Shown: piece by piece, positions 23,036-36,186 of the stretch | How positions within the stretch are numbered: position 1 is the stretch's first letter | Layout: every line of letters starts with the position of its first letter | From: Raja brachyura | Lineage: Eukaryota | DNA: 64,000 nucleotides | Direction of reading: 5' to 3' | Assembly: GCA_963514005.1 (NCBI GenBank) | Contig: OY740804.1 | Coordinates: 5,456,001-5,520,000 of the forward strand | The notes under the pieces: model-generated | What the model was told of the DNA's origin: nothing | The model's input: only the letters and a program-made list of their open reading frames with translations | Database searches by the model: none | Position numbers and translations under genes: made by a program

Positions 23036-24363
23036 TTCAATTCAATTCAATTCAATTCAAGTTTAATGTCATTGCACAAATACAAGTATAGGTACAACGA
23101 AATGCAGTTTAGCGTCATTCTTAGTGATAGCGATATAGAAAAATAAATACAGAGTGCAGTGGTAGCAATATGGAAAATAAATAAATACAGGGTACAGACA
23201 AGTCTATCAGCTGGGCTCCGAGTTCAGCAGTCGGATGGTGTAGTTGAAGAAGCTGTTCTTCGTCCTACTGGTGCGGGACTTGAGGCTCCTGTACCGCCTC
23301 CCTGATGGGAGGAGGGCAAACAGTCCATAATTAGGGTGTGAGGGGTCCTTGATGATCTTCCCGGCCCGCTTCAGGCACCGTTTTCGGTGGAGGGCATCCA
23401 AGGCAGGGAGCGGGGCACCGATGATGTACTGGGCGGTTTTCACCACCCGTTGTAGTGCCTTCCTGTCTGCCACGGTGCAACTGCTGTACCATACCGTAAA
23501 GCAGGTGGTCAGGATGCTTTCGATGGTGCAGCGGTAGAAGTTCGTCAGGATCTGGGGGGACAGGTGGGCTTTTTTGAGCCTCCTCAGAAAGTAAAGGCGC
23601 TGCTGTGCCTTTTTGATTAGCTTTGAGGTGTTGAGGGACCAGGACAGATCCTCCGAGATGTGTACCCCGAGGAATTTGTAGTTGGAGACCCGCTCCACCT
23701 CAGTCCCGTTTATATGGATGGGGGTGTGTCTGCCCCCTCTGTTCTTCCGAAAGTCAACAATTATTTCCTTCGTCTTCTGGGAGTTGAGGACGAGGTTATT
23801 GTTGGCACACCAGGTAGTCAGGTGCTGGACCTCCTCCCTGTAGGCTGATTCGTCATTATCACTGATCAGTCCTACCACCGTGGTGTCATCGGCAAATTTT
23901 ATGATGGCGTTGGAGCCATACTTGGGGATGCAGTCATGCGTGAAGAGGGAGTAGAGGAGAGGGCTGAGCACACAGCCCTGTGGCACGCCGGTGTTCAGTG
24001 TTATAGTGGAGGAGGTGAGGTTGTTGACCCTAACAGACTGTGGTCTGTTAGTGAGGAAATCCAGTGTCCAATTGCAGAGGGAGGTGGAGATGCCAAGACC
24101 GCTGAGTTTGGTGATCAAGCTAGCGGGTATGACAGTGTTAAAGGCAGAGCTGAAGTCAATAAACAGCAGCCTGATGTAGGTGTTGTTGCTGTCCAGGTGG
24201 GTCAGGGCAGAGTGTAGGGCCGTCGATATGGCGTCCTCTGTAGACCTGTTTGACCGGTAGGCAAATTGGTGGGAGTCCAGTGTGGGGGGGAGGCTGGCTT
24301 TGAGGTGAGCCAGGATCAGCCGCTCAAAGCACTTAGCGATGACAGGGGTGAGTGCCACTGGCC
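23036..24363 (-). mobile_element. Young Rex1/Babar-type LINE (5'-truncated, intact 383-aa RT ORF 23207-24358) nested in DIRS copy 1
   Basis: [47 protein letters not shown]; (TTGAA)n tail at 23036-23060. Confidence 0.93.
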
Positions 24364-24488
24364 GATTTCAAAGCTCTGTTATCTCATTCACTGGAACGAG
24401 TCCATGCTCACACACTGCCACTACGAGAAATGGAGGAGTATGTTAACGTATTTCAGACATGAAACTGTGCTGAAAAACAAAAAGGTAT

Positions 24489-25513
24489 TTATTCCAGAAT
24501 ACCAAACAATAATGCCCCTATATCGGGGAAATTATAAAACAGAACTTCATATTTTTTCCTCAAACGTCTCCGGTGCGGCCACGGGTTTATTGTATAACCG
24601 CTGAAAGTTTTTTCATTACTCCAACCCACTGTTGCAAGGATGTGGTCCATTGGAACTTCCATCATCCTTGCCGCTGATGTGAATGCAGCCCTGGTGGAGT
24701 GAGATTTAAATACGTTAGTGTCCACCCCCGCTGCACCCTATACCACCCCTAACCATCTGGAAATGGTTTGCACTGTGACTCTATGATGAGGGCGTTTGTG
24801 GCTAATGAGCAAAGCCTTCTCTGTGCCCCTGAGACTCTTAGTGACCTCTATGTAGCGTAAAATGTGGGTCACGATACATAGACGGCAATCTACCGGATAG
24901 GCCAGGAAATACAATTTTTGGCCAGATGATCCAGGCCTGTCTTGCTTGAGTAACCCCTGTATAAAGACAGTTACCTTGCTATTGGATATGTTCATGGCGT
25001 CCATACTTAGCTTATGTAGGGACTGGACCCGTTGTGCCGTTACGAGTGCCATCAGCATGACCATTTTGTAGGTCAGTTTATCCAATGAATGACCCGTTAT
25101 TGGTGCCCACCCTCAGAGCATGGTTAATACAATGCTGATATCCCAATTTTGGGAATATCTGGGCTGGGGGGATTTGAATTAAATATTCCCCTCATTAATT
25201 TTGACACCAAAGGGTGAGATCCCACTGCAAGGTGATCGCAACCTTGCCCAAGATAGTTGGATAGGGCACTCCTGGCACAGTTGATGGCACTATAGCTCAA
25301 ACCCTCATCGAAATGAAGGCTTGCCAGGAACTCCAGCACTTCCATGATGGTGTCTGTGTCATATGTAGTGTTCGTTTTTGAGCAGAACACCTCCCTTTTT
25401 TTCACGTTAGTGAGGTGTCGTCTTCTGGTGGACTCCCTGCACGATGCTGTGATGACATTGATTGTTCGGTCGGAGAGTCCATAATCCAGAAGTGGCCTTT
25501 TCAAATCCTGCAA
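24489..25513 (-). pseudogene. DIRS tyrosine recombinase, frameshifted over three ORFs
   Basis: GLSYSAINCARSALS, LMALVTAQRVQSL, TISRW, HSTRAA..HILATVGWSNEKTF (catalytic R..HxxR..W signature). Confidence 0.88.
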
Positions 25514-25914
25514 ACCAACAGGTTTATCCGGTCATGGCACGGGTGACTCTGCCCTGTCACAGGGTGTACCAATAGACTCGGACGTTTATTTATTGGGATG
25601 CAAGGTTCTGTGGCCATGTCTAGTATCACAGGGAACCATGGTTGAGTAGGCCAGTCGGGAACAACCAGAATACCCGATGCAGAGTCTTGTTTAATTTTTT
25701 GCAAGACCCGACTGATGAGGCAGAAGGGGGTAAATGCATAGAAAAACAAATCCCCCCAGTGTAACGAGAAAGCATCCATCGCTACTGCCCCAGGGTCTGG
25801 TTCCCATGCAACATATGTTGATATTTGGTGATTGAGTCTGGATGCAAAAAGGTCGATATCTGGTGTTCCATACCGATCTACAATGTCGGTCCAACATCCA
25901 TTTGGTGTTGTCAT
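25501..25914 (-). pseudogene. DIRS-associated DNA N6-adenine methyltransferase-like domain
   Basis: PDIDLFASRLN, DAFSLHW, YAFTPF, LVVPDWPTQPWFP. Confidence 0.8.
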
Positions 25915-27497
25915 TACATTTGCGTGACCTGGTGTCCGCCACTGTATTTAGCCTACCTGGAAGGTAAGTGGCTGATATACAAATGTTCCTTTCTAGGCAC
26001 CAGTGCCAGATTGTATTGACCAATTCGTCACAGGATATCGACTTTATTCCACCCATATGATTGATATAAGCCACCACAGTGGTATTGTCAATCTGTAAAC
26101 GTATGTGCAGATGGTGCATGTCCAAACAGTAAGCCCGGAGTCCATGAAATGCTCCCAGCATTTCTAGATAATTAATTCCTAGTGCCGGAAGTAGAGTTAT
26201 TTTATGTGCACTCCATCTACCACCACAACTGGAGGTGGTATTAGTTGCTCCCCAACCTTTTGCGCTGGCATCAGTTTGTAGTATAACCGAGAGATTTATG
26301 ATAGTGGTGGGGTTAGTGCATTGTCTATACACCATTGTAATTCTAATTTCGCTTACCCTGGTAATTGCATTGGCCTGTCAAAATGGCCCGCATGGTGCTT
26401 GAATGCTGCTATTTTTGCCCTTTGTAGGGTTTGGTAATGTAGTGGGCTAAATTGTGTGGCTGGAAAGGCAGACATTAACTTCCCAATCACTCTGGCTACT
26501 TGCCGAATAGATGGTTTCCTGATGCCAGTAAGGCTGTTGCATGCTTCTATCAAGTCTGATGCTTTGTTTGGTGGCAAAATGACAGACATATGAACAGAAT
26601 CAATTGTGAAACCCAAATAGTCCATAGTAGTAGAAGGCATCAATTTTGATTTATCTGGATGAATGACAAAAACACAGCTTTTGAAATAGGTGCTCGGTGG
26701 CTAAGACGGCCAGTTTGGCCAACTCCAAAGTTTTTCTCATGATGAAAATATCATTGAGGTAAGCCATAACAATATGTTTTTGTTTCCTGAGACACACTAA
26801 AGCTGGTTTTAATAGTTTGGTAAACAGTCTGGGCCCTGATGACAATCCATTAGGTAGTGCTTTGTACTGCCAGAGCTGCCCCATCCAGACAAATTTCAAA
26901 TATCTGCGATGATCCTTGTCTATTGGTACTGAATCGTATGCATCCTTTAGGTCGATGCAAGCCATGAAGTACCGATTGGAAATTAGTTGTTTGGCTGTGA
27001 CAAAGGTTTCCATTTTGAAATGGGCATACTGCACGAAAGTATTCAGTTCAGTTAAATCTATGATGATGCGGCATCCACCATATTTTATTTTTAGTGAAAA
27101 TGTTCGATACGAACTCATGAGACTCTCTTTTGGTTTTCTCAATTACCCCTTTTGAATTTAGTCTTAAGAGTTCAGCATGACCTTCTGTCTTTTCTTTCTG
27201 TGAAAACACAAATTTCTGACTAGGTGTATGCTGAACAGGGGAGAGGAGTTTGTGAACAAATTAAATTTTATATCCCTGAATACTTTCCACTATGAAAGGA
27301 TCAGAAGCTAAAGTGCTCGATGCATCCCAAAACAAGTGCAACCGTCCACCAACCCGTGAGGAGTCTAAACATGCGATGTTCATGAGGCAACCAGACCCAC
27401 CAACCTCCATGGTTACCGGCGGTGCTGCGTTGGTTGCCTCTGTCCTTGTTTCTTGTGGTGTGGAGGCGCTGTGGTGTGGGGTTGGCGCCACTTCCAA
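25691..27497 (-). pseudogene. DIRS reverse transcriptase and RNase H, frameshifted
   Basis: HFKMET, IDLKDAY, LPNGLSSGPRLFTK, YLND (YLDD-like); RH TDAS..GWG, INYLE, DNTT. Confidence 0.9.
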
Positions 27498-28134
27498 GAA
27501 GGCCGTGCTGGGCCATGGTCTAAAAAAGACCGTTGAGCAGGTTGTCCGGCCTTCGAGCTTTCACCAGCAGGTGGTCTATCGCCGTAGCGAGGCAGCCCTC
27601 CTCGGCAGCAACTTTAGCAACGGCTCTTCTTGACTTTCTGGACTCCATGGTGCGCTCTGAAAAACAACAGCACACAGAGCCAACAAACGACCTCAGACTG
27701 GTAAGTACTTACCTGTGGGCCATTTTTAAGTTGGAGGAGCGGGGCTCCTCCTGCCTGTCGCTTCGCAAAGCGTTCGACGATATGTCGCGCATGCGTGCTG
27801 GCGGGGTCTTCACGTAGTCGCTCACGTGACTCCGAAGTAAAATAGCATTGTGAACTGCAATCCAGGATGTTGTTGAGTTTTGGGAGTACATAGACTTTCT
27901 GGCGGAATGGACAGGCATATGGCAGAAGGTAGACATAAAAAGCTGGAGTAACTCAGCGGGTCAGACAGCATCTCTGGAGAAAAGGAATAGATTATGTTTT
28001 GTGTTGAGACCCTTCTTCAGACTGAAAGTCAGGGGAAAGGGAAACAAGAGATATAGACGGTGATATAGAGAAATATAGAACAAATGAATGAAAGAAATGC
28101 AAGAAAGTAACGATGATAAAGGAGACTGGCTATT

Positions 28135-28335
28135 GTGAGCTGTGGTCTAGTTAAACAAACCAGTGTTAGCTGTGGTCTACATGGGAAAAAAAATGATAGC
28201 TGTAGTCGAGATGAGAAAAAACATTGTTAGCTGTGGTCTATGTGAAAAAAACCATTGTCAGCTGTGGTTTTGGTGAAAACCATGTTACGTGTGGGCTGGA
28301 TGAAAACATTTGTTAGCTGTGGTCTAGGTGAAACC
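28135..28335. repeat. ~30-bp degenerate minisatellite (~7 copies)
   Basis: Repeated tgttagctgtggtcta..gaaaa units. Confidence 0.8.
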
Positions 28336-30627
28336 AAATTCTGCAGTTCCTTCCTCGACATGGCAGATTCATTTATTGTAGAGAAATTAGGTGATACATT
28401 TTGAATACTTATGGGCAATATTAGAATATTGTTACTTCAGAATTTTGTGTCTATCTTCGGTTTAAACCAGCATCTGCAGTTCCTTCCCACATAGATACTA
28501 TTTGAAGAACGGTTATGACCATCGGGTGGCGCCTCGATAGCAGCTGTCCGTCCTTTAGAGTTTTGTTGTTTTTAGTATGTCTAAAAGTGTGTTTTAGTGT
28601 ATTTAAGAGTGGGGGGGAGGGAGGGGAGGGGGGTATCAGGGAATAAGGGGAAACATTTTTTTTGTCACATCTCGATGGAATGTGACTTTTCCCCTAGTCG
28701 CATTTTCGCCCTCCCTCGTGGGCTAACAGCTTGGATTGGAGCGGCCTCTCCCGGAGTTGGGCCCAGAGCTTCAGCAGCGGGCGCAGTGCGAACTTTCCAT
28801 CGTGGAGCCGGGCGATCCCTTGCCGGGAATCACCAGAAGCAGTGCTCCAATCTCTGGCCCGCGGATTATAACATCCTGAAGCCGCGGTCTGCGGAGCTTC
28901 TAGCCGCGGGATCTGTTGCCGGGGATCGCCGGAGAAGTGCTCCGATCGCTGGCCTGCGGCCTATAACATCGTGAAGCCGCGGCCGATTCGGGACCTCCAA
29001 GCCGCAGAGTGTCCGTCCGTCGCGACGTCGGAGTTTCGAGCATCCCGACGAGAGGGCCTGTACATCGGGCCGTCCATAGTGGCGACTGCGAAGGGTTCAT
29101 GGACCCGACCACGGATGAACAAAGGAGGAGGACTGACTGAATGTTATTGCCTTCCACCACAATGTAGAGTGTTGATTCCACTGTGGTGGATGTTCATGTT
29201 GTATTCCATTGTGTATTGTGCTCTTTTTGATTGTGTGGCTGCATGGAAAATAACATTTCACTTTACCCTAAATGGTGTGTGTGGCAATAAATGTGAACTT
29301 GAACTTGACCCTAAATGTCACGTATTCATTCCTTGCAGAGATGTTGCCTAACCCGTTAAGTTACTCTAGCACTCTCTGGCCTCAGCTCATCCCTGAGTGC
29401 TGTCAAAGGTGTTTTTTAAATTATTATACAAATACTTTTATTTCAAAAAATAAAAACAAACATACAGGGTATTAACACAATCAAAGACTGCCTATGTTGA
29501 CAATTTACAAACAAACAAACATATCGCCATCTTTGTCAACAAAACACTCTACCTCCCGCGGCGACCAGCGTTCACGGAAGGCCCCCTAAGTCCTCGTGGA
29601 TACCACGTGTTCCCAAGCCAATTAACCAATTTACCAAGCCAATTAAACTAAAAACCTCTACGTCTTTAGAGTTTCATAGAAAATCGAAGATCTTGGAGAC
29701 AATCAAGGTGGTCACGGGGAGAATGTACAAATTTCGTACCGACAGCACCCATAGTCAGGATCGAACCTGGGTCTCTGATCCCTCGGGGCATACGCTGTGC
29801 CACTGTGTCGCCCCGAGGGATCAGAGGGGCATTTACTGAGGACGTGTTCTCGCAAGGGAAAGATAATTCTGAGCATTGTTGAAGTAATTTAGGAGATTTT
29901 TATCCCCTGGGTAAAAGATGTCCCACACATCAGCTTCAGTGCTGTCCTGACCTCTCATCTACCTCATTGGAAATCTTTGAGATGTTTTTAATCGGACTCC
30001 AGTGATATAGAGCCATAAAGAATGATGTTATGTTAGCCCGTTTTCTCATCCACTCCCCTGAAAAGCTCGGGGCAATTTGCAGAAGCCAATTAACCTACAA
30101 ACCCACATGTCTTTGGGATGTGGGTGGAAACCAGAACACCTGGAGGAAACTCACGTGGTTGCAGGGAGAATGTACAAACTGCACGCAGACAGCACCCAGG
30201 GTCAGGATCGAACCTGGGTCTCTGGCGCTGTGAGGCAGCAGCTCTAAAAGCTGTCCCACACCTAGTGCCACCATTTTTGATGTTGAAGGGGTTTGATTAA
30301 GAGGGATGGATAGAGGATCCATTCTCCCCAGGCCATGTGTGGTACACAGAACCGTATATATTAATTAGAATCTATGCTGAACTAGAGACTAACTTTAGAG
30401 TCTGTTTTAGTTTTACTTTGACTTGTACGTTTAGAGATACAGTGCGGAAACAGGCCCTTTGGCCCACCGAGTCCGCGCCGACCAACAACCACCCCTACAC
30501 TAGTTCTATCTTACACACTAGAGCCAATTTACAGAAGCCAACTAACCTAGTATGTTAGTTTAGTTTATTGTCATGTGTACCATAGTTAACCATATTACCA
30601 AAGATTAAACCATATAACCAATTAACA

Positions 30628-30799
30628 AAGGTAGACAAAAATGCTGGAGAAATTCACCAGGTGATGCAGCATCTATGGAGCGAAGGAAATAGGCAACGTT
30701 TTGGGCCTAAACCCTTCTTCAGACTGAACGTTGCCTATTTCCTTCGCTCCATAAATGCTGCCTCACCCGCTGGGTTTCTCCAGCATTTTTATCTACCTT
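30628..30799. repeat. Fold-back pair of Penelope-derived terminal repeats (similar hairpins at 51758-51915 and ~62690-62885)
   Basis: ~75-nt arms aggtagacaaaaatgctggagaaa... and ...tttctccagcatttttatctacct. Confidence 0.8.
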
Positions 30800-31882
30800 C
30801 GATTTTCCAGCATCTGCAGTTCCTTCTTAACCATTTAACAATATAAAGATATGGTCATTGAGGTTATATTAAAACCTACAAACCTGCACGTATTTGGAAT
30901 ATGGGAGCAAACCCACGTGATCAGAGGGATAACGTACAAACTCAGTGCAGACAGCACCCATTGCCAGGATCGAACCTGGGTCTCTGTAGCTGTAAGGCAG
31001 CAATTCTGCCACTATGTCACTGTGCCTTCCATTTGGAATTTGTATTTTTCCTTGATTTTAAACATCTCCATCAGATCAATTTGCAACATTCTCTATTCTC
31101 AGGAGATCAATTGTTCGCTGTTCGCTGATCAATATTGCACCAGACTAAAGTCCTTCATTCCTAAGTTACTTTTTCTAAATCCCATCTGTACCCCTCTAAC
31201 AATTTCACAACCTTCCTAAAGTGGTGCCCACAATTGTGACCAAACTCATACTTTATAAATGGAGGTACACGAGACTGTAGATTCTGGAATCTGAAGCATG
31301 AAGGTATCCTGGTGCAGTCTAGACCCAAAATGTCGACAATGTATTTCTGCTTGTAGACTCTGCTTAACCCATTGAGTGCCTTGAGCAGTTTTTTGGCTCT
31401 TACATGTTTCATAAAGTTTCATAAAAACTCATATTCTATATATCAGAGATAATTCTTTTATTTCAATCAATTTCCCAATCTCCTCAGAAACTTTCAAGGA
31501 ACTTGGCTATTAAACATTCTGCAGAAGCCTTGTTTTTGTACCTTCCAGTTTGTATTGTCACTTGCAATACTGACCATAAAATAAGTCTGAAGAAGGGTCT
31601 CAACCCGAAACGTCGCCTATTCCTTCGCTCCATAGATGCTGCCTCACCTGCAGAGTTTCTCCAGCATTTTTGATTTTGCCAGCATCTGCAGTTCTTTCTT
31701 AAACATAATGTAATGCGTTACATTTTTTATTATTACATTTTATTGGCCAAACAACAAACGTATGAAGCAACTTATAAAAAATAGGAAGGAACAATTGTTA
31801 GTTAATGTTATATAGTGTGGACATGTAGAGATGATTACAAAATTCTTCTCATTATCTTGCTAAGATTAAGATCAAATTTAGT

Positions 31883-33421
31883 AAGTAAGTAAGTTTATTG
31901 GCCAAGTATTCACATACAAGGAATTTGCCTTGGTGCTCCGCCCACAAGTAACAACATTGCACACAGTGATAGTTACGAATGACTCAGAAAACACTCAACT
32001 TTAATAATAATAAAACATTAATGATAAAACACCATTGATCAAGCATGTGAACCAACAAAATACCAGATCAAAGGGAGGCTACAGATTTTTGGCTGTTGAG
32101 TGGAGCAACTACTCGTGGATAAAAACTGTTTTTATGTCTGGCTCTGGCAGCTTTGACAATCCGGAGTCGCCTTCCAGAGGGAAGTGATTCAAAGAGTTTG
32201 TGGCCAGGGTGAGAGGGGTCAGAAATGATCTTGCCCACTCGCTTCCTGACCCTTGCAGTGTACAGTTCATCAATGGAGGGAAGGTTGCAGCCAATAACCT
32301 TCTCTGCTGATCGGACGATTCGCTGCAGCCTCCAGGTGCCGTGCTTGTTGGCTGAGCCAAACCAGACCATGATGGAGAAGGTGAGAACAGACTCTACGAT
32401 GGCCGTGTAGAATTGGACCATCATTGCCTATGGCTGATTGTGTTCCACAGCTGCATCCTCTTCCTGCATAGGAAGTGCATCCTCTGTTGTGCCTTTTTGA
32501 CTGTGAAGTCGATGGTAGCCCCCCACTTAAGGTCCTTGGAGATGATGGTTCCCAGGAACTCCACAGATGTGATTGTAGTGTTATTGGTGGTGAGTGGGGT
32601 GATGGGTGGGGGAGCTCTCCTAAAGTCTACAATCAATGCCACTGTCTTAAGAGCATTGAGCCCTAGGTTGTTGCTACGGCACCAGGACGCCAGCTGTGAC
32701 ACTTCCTGTCTGTAAGCAGATTCCTCCCCATTGTAGATCAGTCCAATCAGGGTTATGTCATCCGCAAACTTGAGAAGCTTGACAGAGGAGTCTGTGGAGG
32801 TGCAGTCGTTGGTGTAGAGAGAGTAGAGGAGAGGAGAGAGTATGTAGCCTTGTGGTGATCCTATGCTGAGCATTTGCGGGTCCGAGATGTGTTTTCCCAG
32901 CCTCACATGCTGCTTCCAGTCTGTCAGAAAGCTGGTGATCCATGACAGAGGCGTTCAGGCACAGTCAACTCGGAAAGTTTGGAGTGTAGTAGCTCTGGCA
33001 CAATGGTGTTGAATGCAGAGCTTAAATCAACAAACCGGATCCTCGCATAGGTCCCCTGGCGGTCTAGGTGCTGGACGATGAAGTGCAGGCCGAGGTTGAC
33101 TGCATCATCCACAGATCTATTGGCCCGATATGCAAACTGCAGAGGGTACGCAGGGAGTTTGTGATATTTTTCAGCTTGGCAACACAAGCCTTTCGAGTGT
33201 CTTAATGACTACAGAGGACAGTGCGACATGCCTGTAGTCATTAAGAAAAGTAATCCTTGGCTTTTTGGGCACAGGGACAATAGTGGGGACTTTGAAGCAG
33301 GCAGGAACAGTACATGTTTGCAGGGACTGGTTAAAAATGTCTGTATAGACCAGTGCCAGCTGTTTGGCGCAGAGCGTAAGAGTGGAGGGGGAAACATTGT
33401 CAGGTCCTGGAGATTTCTGGC
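31883..33421 (-). mobile_element. Rex1/Babar-type LINE, 5'-truncated and frameshifted, present only in duplication copy 1
   Basis: ORFs 33171-33428, 32924-33187, 32421-32906, 32068-32424 (QFAYRANRSVDDA, PQGYILSPLL, KFADD); (CTTA)n tail; empty site at ~36460. Confidence 0.9.
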
Positions 33422-33869
33422 TTTTCACTGCCTTTAAACCTAGCTCTTCGAAACTTATTGTTAGTTCACATTTTTAAGGTTTATGTTAGTTAGTTAGCTA
33501 ATTAAGTTTATTGTCACTCATAAGTTGCTCAGCTCTTCCTCTTCATTGCAAAATACCGTTTAAGTAGAAACGTTATGAGGAGCATAAATGAGGAAGAAGT
33601 CAGCAAGACATTAGGTATGAAAGCACAATGATCTTGCAGATTAACTCTCAAGTTCCAAACTTTGTCAGCACATTTCAAACATAAATTAATGTTCATAGAG
33701 TAATGAAAATGGTGAAAAGAGTCAAAAACCTGGCACGGGTGAGGAATATTTGGTAATACGGTCATCAGGTCATGTGATATGGCCCATCAAGTCTACCCTG
33801 CCATTCAATCATGGCTCATCTATCCCTCCCTCCTAACCCAATTCTCCTGCCTTCTCCCCATAACCCCTT

Positions 33870-34735
33870 TGATTGCAGCAGGATCTGGATCGATTGACCT
33901 GGAGGGCAGAGCATTGGTTGATGGAATTTAAAACAGAGGAGTGTTAGGTGTTGCATTTTGGGACGTCGAACAAGGGCAGGACCTACAGAGTAAATGGCAG
34001 GCCTCTGGGTAGTGTTGTAGAGCAGAGGGATCTAGGAGTACAGGTGCATGATTCCTTGAAGGTTGAGTCACAGGTAGATAAAATGGTCAAAAAGGCTTTT
34101 GGCACTTTGGCCTTCATCAGTCAGAGTATTGTGTATAGAAGTTCGGAGGTCATGTTGCAGTTGTCTAAGATGATGGTGAGACCGCATTTAGAATATTGTG
34201 TTCAGTTCTGGGCACCATGATATAGGAAAGATACTGTCAAGCTTGAAAGGGTTCCGAAAAGATTTACGATGATGTCGCCAAGACTAGAGTGTGTGAGGTA
34301 GGGTGAGGTTGATTAGGGAGGGTCTCTATTCCATGGAGCACAGGAGGATAAGGGGCGATCTGAAGAGGAATCAAGAATAAGACCATGAGAGGAATAGGTC
34401 GAGTAGATGCACAAAGTCTTTTGCCCAGAGTAGGGGAATCAAGGACTAGAGTAAGGTGAAGGTGAAGGGGAAAAGATTTAATAGGAATCTGAGGGGTCAC
34501 TTTTTCACACAAAGGGTGGTGGGTATATGGAACAAGATGCCAAAGGAGGTAGTTGAGGCTGGGTCTATCACATCGTTTAAGAAACAGTTAGACAGATATA
34601 TGGATAGGACATGTTTGGAGGGATATGGACCAAGCGCAGGCAAGTGGACTAGTGTACCTAGGACATTGTTGGTGGGTGTGGGTGAGTTGGGCTGAAGGGC
34701 CTGTTTCCACACTGTATCACTCTATGTCTCTATGA
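33870..34735 (+). mobile_element. CR1 LINE 3' fragment (duplicated at 38120-38990)
   Basis: LHFGTSN..EQRDLGVQVH..RPHLEYCVQF..FFTQRVVGIWN in both copies. Confidence 0.88.
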
Positions 34736-36150
34736 CACTTTGACCACGCTCTCATTTCCCTCTGCCCATTGGGAAGAAGGTACAGGAGCCTGAAAACTGT
34801 GACCTCCAGGCTCAAGAACAGCTTCTCAGCAGCAACAATTAGGCTTTTGAACACTGCACACTAACCTCAACTATCAAGTATGGACAGTGTTTGGTTGCAC
34901 TAAGGACATCAGTTATTTTTTGGCCTTATTGGAGTTATTAACTAATTCATTTATGTACATTGTTTATTAACTGTGTGCATTGTGTTTACAAGCACAATGA
35001 AGGGAATAGATAGGGTATGTGTTGGAAGGAACTGCAGATGCTCGTTCAGACCGAAGATAGACACAAAAACCTAGAGTTACTCACCGGGTCAGGCAGCATC
35101 TCTGGAGTAAAGGAATAGGTGATGTTTTGAGTCGAGACCTTTCTTCAGACAAAGTTCGGGGAATGGGAGACAAGGGTAACAAGAGAAACAAGTCTCTTAC
35201 CTAGAGAAGGGGAATCAAGACTCAGGGGACAAGGCTTCAGGTGAAATCATAAAGATTTAATAGGATCCTGAGCGGCATCATTTTTTTACTCAGTGAGTTG
35301 TGCATGTGTGGAATGAGCTAACTGATGAGGTAGTTGAGGCAGGTGCTACAAAAACATTTTAAAGGCATTTGGACAGTTACATGAATAGCACTGGTTTAGA
35401 CGGAGATGGACCAAACACTGGCAGGAGGAACTAGAGTAGATGGGGCATCTTGGTTGACGTATTTGGAATATGGTAGAAAACCCACGTGATCAGAGGGATA
35501 ATGTATAAACTCAGTGCAGACAACACCCATTGCCAGGATCAAACCTGGGTCTCTGTAGCTGTAAGGCAGCAACTCTACCACTATGCCACTGTGCCTACCA
35601 TTTAGAATTTGTATTTTTCCTTGATTTTAAACATCTCCATCAGATCACTTTGCAACCTTCTCTGTTCTCAGGAGATCAATTGTTCGCTGTTCGCTGATCA
35701 ATTATCCACCGGACTAAAGTCCTTCATTCCAAAGTTACTTTTTCTAAATCCCTTCTGTACCTCTCTAACAATTTCACAACCTTCCTAAATTGGTGACTAC
35801 AATTGTGACCAAACTCATTTTTCATAAATGGAGGTGCACAAGACTGTAGATGCTGGAATCTGAAGCAAGAAGGTATCCTGGTGCAGTCTAGACCCAAAAT
35901 GTTGACAATTTATTTCTGCTTGTAGGCTCTGCTTAACCCATTGAGTGCCTTGAGCAGTTTTTTGGCTCTTACATGTTTCATAAAGTTTCGTAAAAGCTCA
36001 TATTCTATGTATCAGAGATAATTCATTTTTTCAGCCAATTTCCCAATCTGCTCAGGAACTTTCAAGGAACTTGACTATTAAACATTCTGCAGAAGCCTTG
36101 TTTTTGTACCTTCCAGTTTGTATTGTCACTTGCAATACTGACCATTAAAT

Positions 36151-36186
36151 AAGTCTGAAGAAGGGTCTCGACCCGAAACGTCGTCT
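36151..36186 (+). ncRNA. Minimal hammerhead-ribozyme motif in a Penelope-derived repeat (core-intact examples also at 31584-31618 + and 62765-62798 -)
   Basis: CTGAAGA-A-GGGTC tc GACCC-GAAAC-GTC: conserved CUGANGA, stem II hairpin, GAAA and GUC; helix I pairing is weak. Confidence 0.6.

Larger units (their letters stand above)
22750..27845 (-). mobile_element. DIRS1-type tyrosine-recombinase retrotransposon (copy 1): ITRs, ICR, RT-RH-MT and YR, frameshifted, gag largely missing
   Basis: ITR 27781-27816 is the reverse complement of 22825-22858; the ICR at 22928-23035 is complementary to both termini; AAATAG at both ends. Confidence 0.93.

Noticed and set aside
33529-33640. TM-like peptide ending MKRKS (duplicated near 37780-37890)
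   Set aside because: Weak acceptor, polar residues in the helix, mostly non-synonymous differences between copies and no WxxxRW motif.
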